Origin: Minisyncoccota bacterium | Lineage (GTDB): Bacteria > Patescibacteriota > Minisyncoccia > UBA6257 > HR35 | Assembly: GCA_937934285.1 (NCBI GenBank) | Contig: CALHAT010000026.1 | Location: 1-59,776 of the forward strand | Direction: 5' to 3' | Length of the DNA: 59,776 nucleotides | The notes under the pieces: model-generated | Databases searched by the model: none | Told to the model about the DNA's origin: nothing | The model's input: only the letters and a program-made list of their open reading frames with translations | Shown here: positions 45,568 through 55,872 of the stretch, one piece after another | Layout: each line of letters begins with the position of its first letter | Position numbering within the stretch: the stretch's first letter is position 1 | Made by a program: the position numbers and the translations under genes

Positions 45568-46404
45568 TTAAAGCTCTAAAATTTCTTTATTTACCGACTT
45601 GGAGTTTATTTTAACAAGTTTTATTTTCAAAAATAAATAATAAAAAGGGAGAGATAAATAACCAACCAAAAAAGAGAAAATTTTTAGCAAAGGGTAAAAA
45701 ATAAGAAAAATAATTGACAAAAAACTTAAAATATAGATTCGGCGAAGACCAGGGTTAGGCCAAGTATTGACTAAGGAATTATAAATAATTTTACCGATAG
45801 TTTCTTGAGGTAAAGTTTGCTCTAACAAATCAGCTATTACTTTGGGTAGATTATATTTTTTAAAATAAGCCAAAATGAGGTTGGATATTTTTTCTTGGAA
45901 AGAAAATTTTATCTTTAAAAGAGTTAATAAATTATCGATTTTTACAGTTATTTCCTGAAAAACTGGAAAAGTTAAGGGTAAATTGTTTTGTTGATTAAAA
46001 CTTTGATAGAAATGGAGATTAGTTATTAGAAAAAAAGCTAAAAGAAGAAAAGTATAGTTTTTACCAACCAATTCGACAAAAGGAATTTTCAATGAGATTT
46101 TTAAAATATGGCGCTGGGTGAAAATTTTTAAAAAAGCCAAGATAAATAAAATTATTCCGGCGTAAATATAAAAATAACTTAAAATAAGTAAAACTATAAG
46201 CCAGAAAATTAGATATTCAATAGTTGTGCTTGTCATCTCAAAGATTGTTAGCAAAGAAAGAAAAATAACTAAAAATAAAAAAAGCAATGAAAGCTTAAGA
46301 TAAATGTTAATTTGGATTCTAAAGAAATAAAAACTAAAAATTGGCAAGATTAAAATAACAAAAATAAGAATAATTTTCTTATAAGTCTGGACCAAGGGAT
46401 TCAT
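45568..46404 (-). CDS. Polytopic membrane protein of unknown function inside the heat-shock operon
   Basis: Multiple hydrophobic helices. It lies between dnaK and the J-domain gene with minimal spacers. Confidence 0.55.
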   Translation of the reverse strand: MNPLVQTYKKIILIFVILILPIFSFYFFRIQINIYLKLSLLFLFLVIFLSLLTIFEMTSTTIEYLIFWLIVLLILSYFYIYAGIILFILAFLKIFTQRHILKISLKIPFVELVGKNYTFLLLAFFLITNLHFYQSFNQQNNLPLTFPVFQEITVKIDNLLTLLKIKFSFQEKISNLILAYFKKYNLPKVIADLLEQTLPQETIGKIIYNSLVNTWPNPGLRRIYILSFLSIIFLIFYPLLKIFSFLVGYLSLPFYYLFLKIKLVKINSKSVNKEILEL

Positions 46405-48209
46405 TAATGTTGATAAAAACCTTTACCAATATCCATTAACAATTGATTAAATTCTTTAATTTTAGCTTCAATTTCTTCAGCCGAAGATGCCTTTTCTTTT
46501 ATTTCTTCTAATTCTTTTATTTTATCATTAATTTTATTTTTTATTTCGTCATTTAATTTATCCTGCTGGTCTTGTAATAGTTTCCTTGCTTGATAAATTA
46601 AATTATCGGCTTGATTTTTGGCTTCAGCTAATTTGCGACGACGGTAATCTTCAGCAGCATATTCTTCAGCCTCTTTTTTTAATCTTTCAATTTCTTCTTT
46701 GGGGATATTAATTGAATTGGTTATCTTTACGCTTTGACTTTTTTGAGTTGCTTTATCTAAAGCCGTAACCGTTAAAATTCCGTTTTGATCGATGTCAAAA
46801 GTAACTTCAATTTGAGGAATACCTCGAGGAGCTGGTGGAATGCCTTCTAAACGGAAGAGAGCTAAAGTTTTATTATCACGGGCTATCGGTCTTTCACCCT
46901 GAACAACATGAATTTCTACAATCGTTTGATTATCTTCAGCAGTTGTAAAAATCTCTTTCTTTGAATAAGGAATCGGGGTATTTTTAGGAATCATAGGATG
47001 GGCAATCCCACCTAAGGTTTCAATAGCTAAAGTTAAGGGGACAACATCTAAAAGCAAAATTTCTCTAACCTCACCCTGCAAAATTCCCGCTTGAACAGCA
47101 GCTCCAATAGCTACAACTTCGTCAGGATTAATGTCTTTTCTTGGTTCTTTACCAAAGAACTCTTTTACTTTTTGCTGAATTAAAGGCATTCTGGTTTGAC
47201 CACCAACCAAAACAATATCATCAATATCTTGGGGCTTAAAGCCAACTTCATCTAAAGTTTTTTTTACCAGTTCAATTGATCTTTCAACTAAGTCTCTGGT
47301 CAAATCTTCAAGTTGGCTTCGGGTTAACTTGTAATAAAAATGTTTTGGTCCAGCTGGAGTCGAAGTAATAAAAGGAAGATTGATTTCGGTTTCATAAAGA
47401 GAAGATAATTCCTGTTTAGCTCTTTCAGCAGCTTCTTTTAGTCTTTGTAAAGCTAAAATATCAGTTGCTAAATCTATCCCTTCTTCTTTTTTAAACCAAT
47501 CAATCAAAAATTGAATAATTCTTTGATCAAAATCGTCACCACCCAAAAAGGTATCACCACCGACACCTTTGGTTTCAATAACCTGATCGCCGACTTCTAA
47601 AATTGAAATATCAAATGTCCCCCCACCAAAATCATAAACTAAAATTCGGGCATTTTTTTGTTTATCAAGCCCATAAGCTAAAGCAGCCGCAGTTGGTTCT
47701 GGCAAAAGTCTTTCGACTTCTAAACCAGCGATTTCGCCCGCGGCTTTAGTCGCTGCTCGTTGCGAATCATCAAAATAAGCCGGGCAAGTAATAACTGCTT
47801 CTTTAATCTCTTCACCAAGCTTTTCTTCAACATCCATTTTTATTTTCTGAAGAACCATTGCTGAAATCTCTTCAGGTCGATACCAACGATCACCCATTTT
47901 AACCTCGATACCGCCGCTTTCTGATTCTCTAATTTCATAAGGTAGAATTTGTTTTGCTCTTTGAACCTCCGGATCAGTAAATCTTCTTCCGATTAATCTT
48001 TTAACTGAAAAAATGGTATTTTTTGGATTAGTAATAGCTTGTCTTTTTGCCAAAACCCCAACCAACCTTTCACCGGCTTTCGAAATAGCTACTACTGAAG
48101 GCGTAAGTCTTGAACCTTCGCGATTTTCAATAACTCGAAAAGTGCCGGCTTCAATAATGGCTGCCACCGAATTGGTTGTTCCTAAATCAATACCGATAAT
48201 TCTACTCAT
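46404..48209 (-). CDS. dnaK: Chaperone DnaK (Hsp70)
   Basis: IGIDLGTTNS, DFGGGTFDIS and VLVGGQTRMP, across the full Hsp70 length. Confidence 0.96.
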   Translation of the reverse strand: MSRIIGIDLGTTNSVAAIIEAGTFRVIENREGSRLTPSVVAISKAGERLVGVLAKRQAITNPKNTIFSVKRLIGRRFTDPEVQRAKQILPYEIRESESGGIEVKMGDRWYRPEEISAMVLQKIKMDVEEKLGEEIKEAVITCPAYFDDSQRAATKAAGEIAGLEVERLLPEPTAAALAYGLDKQKNARILVYDFGGGTFDISILEVGDQVIETKGVGGDTFLGGDDFDQRIIQFLIDWFKKEEGIDLATDILALQRLKEAAERAKQELSSLYETEINLPFITSTPAGPKHFYYKLTRSQLEDLTRDLVERSIELVKKTLDEVGFKPQDIDDIVLVGGQTRMPLIQQKVKEFFGKEPRKDINPDEVVAIGAAVQAGILQGEVREILLLDVVPLTLAIETLGGIAHPMIPKNTPIPYSKKEIFTTAEDNQTIVEIHVVQGERPIARDNKTLALFRLEGIPPAPRGIPQIEVTFDIDQNGILTVTALDKATQKSQSVKITNSINIPKEEIERLKKEAEEYAAEDYRRRKLAEAKNQADNLIYQARKLLQDQQDKLNDEIKNKINDKIKELEEIKEKASSAEEIEAKIKEFNQLLMDIGKGFYQH

Positions 48210-48717
48210 GAGTGATAATTTTTACTCGACTAGGTCTTAACAGTCGACCCTTGAAAAAATAACCCTTGCTTAAAATTTCAACAATTAACCCCTCATCTTC
48301 GCCAGAACAATTTTCTTGAACACATTTTTTCTTAGCAATTGCTTCGTGAAAATTGGGATCAAATTTTTGATTGGGAGAAATTTCAATTTCGGATAAACCA
48401 AATTTTTCTAAAACATCTTTTAACTGAGAATAGATTAAATAAAAGCCTTTATTAATTTCATTTTTTTCGCTCTCTTTTAAAGCTAATTCAAATCCATCCA
48501 AAACACTCAGTAAATGATAAATCAATTCTAAATTAGCTATATTTTGAATCTCTTTAAATTTTTCTTCATATTCAGATTGAATTCTCAAAACATCACTTTT
48601 AGCTCTTTTTAAATTTTCTAAATATTGTTCTTTTTCTTTTTCCAAATTAGAAATTTTTTCTAAAAGTTCGTCGATGGTTTCCTCCCTTTTGGGCAATTCT
48701 TCATAATGTTCATTCAT
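48202..48717 (-). CDS. grpE: Nucleotide exchange factor GrpE
   Basis: Coiled-coil N-terminus, with FDPNFHEAI and GRLLRPSRV at the C-terminus. Confidence 0.88.
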   Translation of the reverse strand: MNEHYEELPKREETIDELLEKISNLEKEKEQYLENLKRAKSDVLRIQSEYEEKFKEIQNIANLELIYHLLSVLDGFELALKESEKNEINKGFYLIYSQLKDVLEKFGLSEIEISPNQKFDPNFHEAIAKKKCVQENCSGEDEGLIVEILSKGYFFKGRLLRPSRVKIITHE

Positions 48718-49336
48718 TTTTGAAATTTTTACAAATTAAACAAAGGGTGTGATAAAAATTAATTTTATGACCTAAAAATCCTATTTCGAAATTTTTAGTT
48801 CTTTTTATGAATAAACTTAAATTACCCGTTTGAGATTCTTTAATTTCTCTTCCGATTAATACCTCATAATCCTTATCAATTTTATTGACAATTTTTTCTA
48901 AATTTTCGATAATATTTCCTAAATCATCAAGGGGACCGGCATTTTTATTAAATTGTATTAAAATTGTTTTTAAACCCTTTAAAACAAATTTAGAAGAATT
49001 TTTATCCTTAAAAAAAACAACATTTTTAGTCATTAAAGAAACCTTCTCTAAAAATTCTTCAACAGAATCTTTAAAATCGATTTTTATTTCTGGTACTAAA
49101 TGGTAATTATCTAAATAGTAATGCCAACCTTTCTCTGTCGGTTCTCTGCCAACAAAATTATCAGTATTTTTTAAATAACCATCATCAACTAATTTTCTAA
49201 AATAAAATCTTAAAGTTGAAGGCGAAAATTTTTTTATTTTTTTAGCTAAAAATTTTGAACCAATAGGTCTTTTTTGGGCAATATGACTTCTAACAAATTT
49301 ATAAAAAATATATTTTTGATTTCTATTAAGAGACAT
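48710..49336 (-). CDS. hrcA: HrcA-like heat-inducible transcription repressor (short, 208 aa)
   Basis: N-terminal winged-helix pattern (FVRSHIAQKRPIGSKFLAKK...STLRFYFRKLVDDGYL). The position upstream of grpE-dnaK is classical. Confidence 0.6.
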   Translation of the reverse strand: MSLNRNQKYIFYKFVRSHIAQKRPIGSKFLAKKIKKFSPSTLRFYFRKLVDDGYLKNTDNFVGREPTEKGWHYYLDNYHLVPEIKIDFKDSVEEFLEKVSLMTKNVVFFKDKNSSKFVLKGLKTILIQFNKNAGPLDDLGNIIENLEKIVNKIDKDYEVLIGREIKESQTGNLSLFIKRTKNFEIGFLGHKINFYHTLCLICKNFKNE

Positions 49337-49740
49337 TACTCAATTTTAATTTCTTCACCGAATTCCTTTGTTTCTTCTGTTTTAGGAAGAAAAACTTTTA
49401 AAACTCCATTAATCAAAGTGGCTTTTGCTTTTTTAACATCAACTTCTCGAGGCAAAGGAACAACTCTTACAAAAGACCCTCGGCGAATCTCTTTTCGCCA
49501 ATAATTTTTCTCTTTCTCCTCTTTTTCTTCTTCGGCTTTACCCTGAATTTTTAAATAACCATCTTGAAACGAAATCTTAATATCTTCTTTGTGAAAACCA
49601 GGAACATTCATTTCGACAACAATCTCCTTATCAGTCTCATAGACATCAGTCGATAAAGATGAAGTTTTAAGTGGGGAAATATCCTCCTCAAAGAATTTCT
49701 CAATAAAATCTCTAAATGGTTCCCACTTACGAATAATCAT
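49336..49740 (-). CDS. Hsp20/alpha-crystallin small heat-shock protein
   Basis: Alpha-crystallin domain: DVYETDKEIVVEMNVPGFHKEDIKI...GSFVRVVPLP...ATLINGVLKVFLPK. Confidence 0.88.
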   Translation of the reverse strand: MIIRKWEPFRDFIEKFFEEDISPLKTSSLSTDVYETDKEIVVEMNVPGFHKEDIKISFQDGYLKIQGKAEEEKEEKEKNYWRKEIRRGSFVRVVPLPREVDVKKAKATLINGVLKVFLPKTEETKEFGEEIKIE

Positions 49741-49791
49741 AATTAATTTATTAAAGATTTAATTTCGACCTTTACAATATATATTAATCAT

Positions 49792-49830
49792 ATTATATCT
49801 TGTTTAGCACCAATATGTCAAGGGTGATAG
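49792..49830 (-). promoter_or_regulatory. Consensus sigma-70 promoter (TTGACA-N18-TATAAT) overlapped by a degenerate CIRCE-like inverted repeat
   Basis: The minus strand reads CTATCACCC-TTGACATAT-TGGTGCTAA, then ...TATAAT. The arms match the CIRCE consensus TTAGCACTC-N9-GAGTGCTAA at 7/9 and 6/9. It lies about 50-90 nt upstream of the hsp20 ATG. Confidence 0.5.
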
Positions 49831-49987
49831 ATTATTAGCAAATTAAAAATTTTTTTTAAGAATTCTTAGAAGTTCTATATAGAGAGCCGGATTGGAAAAA
49901 ATCCATATATAAAGAGAAATTATTATTAAAAAAATAACAAATAAAAATAAGATATCCTTTTTCATATGGTTCTTAACTTTTAAATAT

Positions 49988-50017
49988 TTGACATTTTTTA
50001 AATTCTTATGTTAAAAT
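49988..50017 (+). promoter_or_regulatory. Sigma-70-type promoter for the 62-aa ORF (TTGACA-N18-TAAAAT with TGn)
   Basis: TTGACAttttttaaattcttatgtTAAAAT. It shares the same tgtTAAAAT extended -10 as the promoter at 12860-12887. Confidence 0.45.
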
Positions 50018-50066
50018 TTTATCATAAATTTAAAAAGGTCGCTATTCTTAAAAAATCCGAAATAAA

Positions 50067-50255
50067 ATGCAAAATAAGAATATAACTGTTGTTTTAGTTA
50101 TTGTCATTCTATTAGCTTTAGGGGTTGTAACTTACTGGTTTTTACAAAGAGGAAAAACGCCAGTATCAACTTCCGAAGTGTTACCAAGTGTTCCTGAAAT
50201 ACCAACCGGTCAAGAAGTTCCATCAATTCCTGAATCAGAAGGACCAACTTATTAG
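50067..50255 (+). CDS. Small secreted or membrane-anchored protein (62 aa)
   Basis: N-terminal TM or signal helix (ITVVLVIVILLALGVVTYWFL), then a Pro/Ser/Glu-rich tail. It is bracketed by a promoter and a strong terminator. Confidence 0.5.
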   Translation: MQNKNITVVLVIVILLALGVVTYWFLQRGKTPVSTSEVLPSVPEIPTGQEVPSIPESEGPTY

Positions 50256-50313
50256 CCATCAACACCTTAAAATTTTATCTAATTTTATCTTTTATTACTT
50301 TAAATAAATTTTG

Positions 50314-50344
50314 AAAACACCGGCTCTTTGCTGCCGGTGTTTTC
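50314..50344 (+). terminator. Rho-independent terminator
   Basis: Perfect 8-bp GC-rich stem ACACCGGC / GCCGGTGT (50317-24 / 50333-40), an 8-nt loop and a T-run after it. An A-run before it makes it potentially bidirectional. Confidence 0.8.
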
Positions 50345-50377
50345 AGTATGGCTAAATTTTGATAAAATTAAAATATT

Positions 50378-51685
50378 ATGGCTGACCCGCTTTTATTTAT
50401 CTTAAGATTTATTTTTGATTTTTGGTGGCTTTTAATGCCCGCTTTAACATTTCAAATTTTATGGGAAAAATTCAGAAAAAATCAAGCTAAAGAGTACCGT
50501 AATAAATTTATAAAATGGTCCTTTATAGAAATTAAATTTCCCTCGGGAATAACCAGAACTCCAAGAGCAATGGAGGAAGTTTTCAATGCCCTACATGCTA
50601 TTCATCCTGATCCATCTCTTGATCTAACTTGGTACAATTTAAATATTAAGGGCTTTGTACCTAAAAGTTATGTCTTTTTGATTATCGCTCATGATAAAAA
50701 GTTAAGATTTTATATTAGATTCCCTCAAGAATTAAAAGAATTTATCAAAACTAGGTTTTATTCTCAATATCCAGAAATTCAATTTCAAGAAGTAGATAAC
50801 CCATTAAGCATTCTTCCTCTAAATATACCCAATGCTTTATTTGATGTTGAGATTTTTGACGCTCGACTTTTAAAAGAGGATGCTTACCCAATAAAAACCT
50901 ATGTTCAAATTGAAAATCTCCCTCCAGATCAACAAATAGATCCTATTACCACTTTTTCTGAAGCTGCTACTCAAATTTCCAATAAGGAATGGCTTATTTT
51001 TCAACTTTTTGCATTACCTACAACCGCTGATAATCCTGAACAGGGCAAAAAATGGATTGAAAGGGGTCAAAAGCTAATTAACAAACTTATCGGCAAAGAA
51101 GAAATCAAGGAACCTTCTTTAGAGGAACAGATCAAAGAGTTTGTAGTTAATCTTTTATTAGCCCCTTTTAAATCCCCGGAATGGAAAACCTTAGAAAAAA
51201 AAGATGATAAGGAATTCAATATTCAAAAGCTAACACCAGGGGAAAGAAAAATTATCGAATTAATTCAAACAAAACTTTCAAAATTAGGATATTGGTGTAA
51301 TTTACGGATTGCTTATATAGCCACTAAAGATATTTTTGATATTAACAAAAAATCAATAAATTCATTGATATTAAGCACTTTAAAAAATTTCAGTACTGAA
51401 AATTTAAATGGATTTAGATTAACACCTTTAACTCAAAAAGGCGATAGTTCTTCGCTGATTAATTTTGTTTTAAAAAGGTCAGAATATAATTATCTAAACA
51501 TTTATCTTCCTGTAATTTTTTTACCGGGATGGGCAAAGAAAAAACTGGTCGACAAAACCTTGGGAGAAGGGTTTATTTTAAATACCGAAGAACTAGCTTC
51601 CCTATTCCACCCGCCAATGGAGTTTGTTCCATCTATTGGCTTAGAAAAAATTCCATTACGAGAACTGCCACCGCCTTTTTCTTAA
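50378..51685 (+). CDS. Hypothetical membrane-anchored protein, partner of the downstream TraD/VirD4-like ATPase
   Basis: N-terminal hydrophobic region (LLFILRFIFDFWWLLMPALTF), 435 aa, no catalytic motif seen. Its stop lies 2 nt before the ATPase ATG. Confidence 0.6.
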   Translation: MADPLLFILRFIFDFWWLLMPALTFQILWEKFRKNQAKEYRNKFIKWSFIEIKFPSGITRTPRAMEEVFNALHAIHPDPSLDLTWYNLNIKGFVPKSYVFLIIAHDKKLRFYIRFPQELKEFIKTRFYSQYPEIQFQEVDNPLSILPLNIPNALFDVEIFDARLLKEDAYPIKTYVQIENLPPDQQIDPITTFSEAATQISNKEWLIFQLFALPTTADNPEQGKKWIERGQKLINKLIGKEEIKEPSLEEQIKEFVVNLLLAPFKSPEWKTLEKKDDKEFNIQKLTPGERKIIELIQTKLSKLGYWCNLRIAYIATKDIFDINKKSINSLILSTLKNFSTENLNGFRLTPLTQKGDSSSLINFVLKRSEYNYLNIYLPVIFLPGWAKKKLVDKTLGEGFILNTEELASLFHPPMEFVPSIGLEKIPLRELPPPFS

Positions 51686-51687
51686 TT

Positions 51688-53184
51688 ATGGAAACCATTT
51701 TACCTATTGGCAAAATAAATTTTAGAGGCAAAGAGAATATTTTTGGTATAAAAAAAACTGATAGATTGAAACATATTTATATTTTAGGGAAAACTGGCCA
51801 CGGCAAAACAACTCTTTTGGAAAATATGATTATTGAGGATATCTTAAATGGTGAGGGTTTAGCTTATTTAGACCCTCATGGGGATAGTGTCCAAAAAATT
51901 TTGGATTTTATTCCCAAAGAACGAATTGATGATGTTATTTATTTTAATCCAACAGATGTTAATCATCCTTTCGCTTTTAATCCTTTAGAAAGAGTTCCCT
52001 GGGAAAATCGCCATTTAATCGCTTTAAGTTTGCTTTCGGTTTTCAAAAAAATTTGGGTTGATGCCTGGTCAGCCAGAATGGAGTATATCTTAACTAACAC
52101 TTTATTAGCTCTTTTGGAATGGCCCGGGGCAACCTTACTTGATGTTAATCGCATATTAGCTGATGATAATTTTCGCAAAAAAGTTATTGATAACCTCCAG
52201 GACCAAGTTGTTAAAGCTTTTTGGACCCAAGAATTTAATAAATATCATCTCCAGTTTCGAACCGAAGCCATTGCTCCGATCCAAAACAAAATTGGCCAAT
52301 TTATAACCAATCCTTTAATTAGAAATATTATTGGCCAGACAGAATCATCATTTGATTTAAGAGATATTATGGATAACAGAAAAATTTTATTAGTCAATTT
52401 AGCTGTTGGCGCCATTGGCGAAGAGACCTCAGCTTTGCTTGGTGGTCTTTTGATAACCAAACTTCAAATTTCAGCAATGAGTCGGGTTAATCTTTCTGAA
52501 GAAGAAAGGAAAGATTTTTATCTTTATGTTGATGAATTTCAAAATTTTGCTACTGAATCTTTTATTAATATCTTGTCTGAAGCTAGAAAATATCATTTAG
52601 GGCTTATCTTAAGCCATCAATATTTTGATCAAGTCGAAGAAAAAATAATTAAGTCTATTTTCGGCAATGTAGGAACCTTTATTATTTTTCGAGTAGGGCC
52701 AATAGATGCTGAAATTCTTATTAAAGAATTCAATTATCAAGTTAGATTAGAGGATTTTGTTAATTTGCCTGCTTATCATATCTATGTAAAGCTTTTAGTT
52801 GATAATATGCCTACCGCTCCGTTTTTAGCAATCACTTTACCTCCTAAGCAAAAACCTGAAATTTCATACAAAGAAGAAATTATTAATTTAAATCACTTAA
52901 AATATGCCAAACGCCGAAGTTTAGTCGAGATGAGAATTGCTAAAATCTATAAAGAGGTTTCATCAGAAGATAAAAATTTAATTTATTGTCGACAATGTGG
53001 CCAGCTTTTTTATTCTCAAAAAGGATTCGAAATTTGTGAAGACTGCCAAGCACGGGTTAAAACGGGTATCTCCCTAAAAAAAGCTATCGAAACAGAAATT
53101 TTAATTAGAAAAAAAGAAAATAAGCGAAAAGGAGCAAATAGCTTAGATGAAATTTTAAAAAAATTACAAAATGGAAAGTCTTAA
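51688..53184 (+). CDS. TraD/VirD4-like (type IV coupling-protein-like, HerA/FtsK superfamily) P-loop ATPase with a C-terminal zinc ribbon
   Basis: Walker A GKTGHGKTT and Walker B-like FYLYVDEFQNF, plus SEARKYHLGLILSHQY. C-terminal CRQCG...CEDC. No TM helix. The start is set at METILPIGK (ATG 51688) rather than the track start, which overlaps the upstream gene. Confidence 0.7.
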   Translation: METILPIGKINFRGKENIFGIKKTDRLKHIYILGKTGHGKTTLLENMIIEDILNGEGLAYLDPHGDSVQKILDFIPKERIDDVIYFNPTDVNHPFAFNPLERVPWENRHLIALSLLSVFKKIWVDAWSARMEYILTNTLLALLEWPGATLLDVNRILADDNFRKKVIDNLQDQVVKAFWTQEFNKYHLQFRTEAIAPIQNKIGQFITNPLIRNIIGQTESSFDLRDIMDNRKILLVNLAVGAIGEETSALLGGLLITKLQISAMSRVNLSEEERKDFYLYVDEFQNFATESFINILSEARKYHLGLILSHQYFDQVEEKIIKSIFGNVGTFIIFRVGPIDAEILIKEFNYQVRLEDFVNLPAYHIYVKLLVDNMPTAPFLAITLPPKQKPEISYKEEIINLNHLKYAKRRSLVEMRIAKIYKEVSSEDKNLIYCRQCGQLFYSQKGFEICEDCQARVKTGISLKKAIETEILIRKKENKRKGANSLDEILKKLQNGKS

Positions 53185-54790
53185 AAATAAACTTGATATT
53201 TTCGAAGTTGTTCAAAGATATGTCAAATTGAAAAAAGCTGGTAGATATTTTGTTGGTCTTTGTCCTTTTCATAAAGAAACTAAACCTTCTTTTTATATTT
53301 CCCCGGAAAGACAGATTTTTAAATGTTTTGGTTGTGGTGAAGGTGGCGATGTTTTGAAATTTTTAATGAAAATTGAAAATCTTAATTATCCTCAAGTTTT
53401 GGAAAAATTAAAAGAAGATTATGGCTTAGAAATTAAAAGCACACCTTCTGAGTTGGTTCGTGAAGAAAAAGAAATTTTAGAAATCAATTATGCAGCTTTA
53501 AAATTCTTTCGTCAAAATTTAAAAGAAAATAAAGATGCTTTAGATTATTTGCGCGAGCGGGGGTTGACAGAAAAAACAATTAATGATTTTGAGTTAGGTT
53601 TTTCGCCTGGTAATACTTTATTAAGAGATTATCTTTATTCTCTTGGTTATTCTTTAGAAAAAATAAAAAAAGCCGGCTTTGTTGATGAAAAAAATTTTGA
53701 CCGTTTTCAATCGCGTCTTATTTTTCCCTTAAGAGATGAACGAGGTCGATTGGTTGGTTTTACCGGCAGACTCTTTCAAAAAGAATTAGGACCAAAATAC
53801 CTAAACTCACCAGAGACATCTTTGTTTAAAAAATCGCAATTTTTATATGGACTTTTTTATAGTAAAGAATATCTTTTGCAGACAAAAAAAGTTTTTTTGG
53901 TCGAAGGGCAATTTGATTTTTTACTTGCTTGGCAAAATAATTTAAAAAATATCGTTGCTGTTTCCGGTTCGGCTTTAACTGAGGACCATCTGCGAAAATT
54001 AAAAAGATATAGTCAAGAAATTATTTTTGCTTTTGATAATGATAATGCCGGTTTTTCTGCATCATTAAGGGCCAATCTTTTAGCTAAAAAACTTAATTTT
54101 CCGACTTATCAAGCTATTTATCCCCAAAAAGATTTAGCTGAGTTTTTTGCTAATCAAGAAAACATTCCTATAAAACAAGAAAAGTTTGAGGATTATCTTT
54201 TAAATTTTCTTTTGGAAAAATATGGTCAAGAAAAAGGACAGGAAATTTTGAATATTTTTTTACCCCAAATCAAATATCTCAAACCAATCGAAATCAACAA
54301 TTATTTAGAAAGATTAAGTTCGTTACTAAATATTTCTAAGAATCTCCTCGAGACAGAATTAAAACAAATCGAAGTTTTTGTCCCCTCTTTCGAAGAAAAA
54401 GAGTTAGTCGAAGAGAAAAGTCTCGAAGAAAAATTTTCCCTAAAATTAATTTCCTTAATTTATCTTCAAAAAGATAGTTTAGTCTTAGAAGAAGCCCAAA
54501 ATTTTTTACCCTTAAAATTCAAAAATCTTCTTGAGCGAGTTATTAAAAACGAACTTAATGAAAACGAAAGAGATTATTTAGAAATGGCTAAAAATTTTTA
54601 TTTAAGTTCAAAAATTTCTCTATCGCGAGAATTAAAAAAAACTTTAATTAATTTAAAGCGAGTTGTTCTTAAAAATAATTTAAAGAATCTGCACAATCAG
54701 TTAAAATTGGCAACAGCTGAAGAATTTGATAAAATTATGTTGGAAATAAATGATCTTTTAAAAGAGTTAAGAAAAGTTGAAAAACAATGA
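53171..54790 (+). CDS. dnaG: DNA primase
   Basis: Zinc finger [30 protein letters not shown], and a TOPRIM region (LVEGQFDFL...FDNDNAG). Confidence 0.92.
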   Translation: MESLKNKLDIFEVVQRYVKLKKAGRYFVGLCPFHKETKPSFYISPERQIFKCFGCGEGGDVLKFLMKIENLNYPQVLEKLKEDYGLEIKSTPSELVREEKEILEINYAALKFFRQNLKENKDALDYLRERGLTEKTINDFELGFSPGNTLLRDYLYSLGYSLEKIKKAGFVDEKNFDRFQSRLIFPLRDERGRLVGFTGRLFQKELGPKYLNSPETSLFKKSQFLYGLFYSKEYLLQTKKVFLVEGQFDFLLAWQNNLKNIVAVSGSALTEDHLRKLKRYSQEIIFAFDNDNAGFSASLRANLLAKKLNFPTYQAIYPQKDLAEFFANQENIPIKQEKFEDYLLNFLLEKYGQEKGQEILNIFLPQIKYLKPIEINNYLERLSSLLNISKNLLETELKQIEVFVPSFEEKELVEEKSLEEKFSLKLISLIYLQKDSLVLEEAQNFLPLKFKNLLERVIKNELNENERDYLEMAKNFYLSSKISLSRELKKTLINLKRVVLKNNLKNLHNQLKLATAEEFDKIMLEINDLLKELRKVEKQ

Positions 54791-55872
54791 AAAAGGTAAA
54801 AAGAAAAAAAATTAAAAAAGATCCGGAAAAAATTATTGATGAGAAAATTAAGGTCTTAATTGAGAAGGGTAAGGAAAGAGGCTTTGTTACTGAAGAAGAA
54901 ATTTTATATTTATTCCCTGATATTGAAAAAAATATTGATATTTTAGAAAAAATTTATGAACGATTAGAAATCTCAGGAATTGAATTAAAAAGCACTAAAG
55001 AACTTTGGCAGAAAAATGAAAATTTTGACTTTGAAGATAAAGCTTTAGCTGATGCGACTCAAAAATATTTATCTGAGATTGGCAAATACCCTCTATTAAC
55101 ACCGGAAGAAGAAAAAGAATTAGCTAAAAAAGCATCAAAAGGTGATTTAGAAGCCCGGGAAAGATTAATAAAGTCAAATTTAAGATTGGTAGTGAATATT
55201 GCTAAAAAATACTTAGGTAGAAGCAAAGGATTAACTTTGCTTGACTTAATCCAAGAAGGAAATATTGGTTTAGCTAAAGCAGTTGACAAATTTGATTGGC
55301 GTCGGGGATTTAAATTTTCAACTTTTGCAACCTGGTGGATTCGTCAAGCGATTTCTCGTGCCTTATCTGACCAAGCCCGAACAATTAGATTACCCGTCCA
55401 TGTTGTTGAAACTTTATATAAACTTAACAAAGCTAAAAAGAGGCTGGCGAGTATTTTGGATCGCGAACCAACTACAGAGGAATTAGCTGCGGAAATTGGT
55501 TTACCAACTCAAAAAATTCAAAAACTTTTGAAATATGTTCCTGATACCATATCCTTAGAATCTCCGATCGGTGAAGGAAAATCTCTTTTAAAAGAATTGA
55601 TTCCCGACACAACAACTATTAGTCCTGAAAAAATAGCTGCGGCAGCCGCTTTAAGAGAAGAACTTAAAAAAGCAATCCGTGATTTAAATCCTAAAGAAAG
55701 AAGAATTATTAGTCTAAGATATGGTCTTGAAGACGGTATTATGCATACCTTAGAAGAGATTGGTAAAATTTATGGAATTACACGCGAAAGAGTTAGGCAA
55801 ATTGAAATCAAAGCTTTAGAAAAGCTTAAACATAATGAACTTATTAAAAAACTTAAGGAACAGTGGGGTTAA
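54787..55872 (+). CDS. rpoD: RNA polymerase primary sigma factor (sigma-70 family)
   Basis: Regions 2 to 4 are present: [52 protein letters not shown] and [20 protein letters not shown]. Confidence 0.92.
   Translation: MKKVKRKKIKKDPEKIIDEKIKVLIEKGKERGFVTEEEILYLFPDIEKNIDILEKIYERLEISGIELKSTKELWQKNENFDFEDKALADATQKYLSEIGKYPLLTPEEEKELAKKASKGDLEARERLIKSNLRLVVNIAKKYLGRSKGLTLLDLIQEGNIGLAKAVDKFDWRRGFKFSTFATWWIRQAISRALSDQARTIRLPVHVVETLYKLNKAKKRLASILDREPTTEELAAEIGLPTQKIQKLLKYVPDTISLESPIGEGKSLLKELIPDTTTISPEKIAAAAALREELKKAIRDLNPKERRIISLRYGLEDGIMHTLEEIGKIYGITRERVRQIEIKALEKLKHNELIKKLKEQWG

Noticed and set aside
49875-49964. Small minus-strand ORF in the hsp20 upstream spacer
   Set aside because: Hand translation gives only 29 codons (MKKDILFLFVIFLIIFLFIYGFFPIRLSI*). 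It is AT-rich hydrophobic noise, lies upstream of the mapped promoter elements and has no supporting signal.
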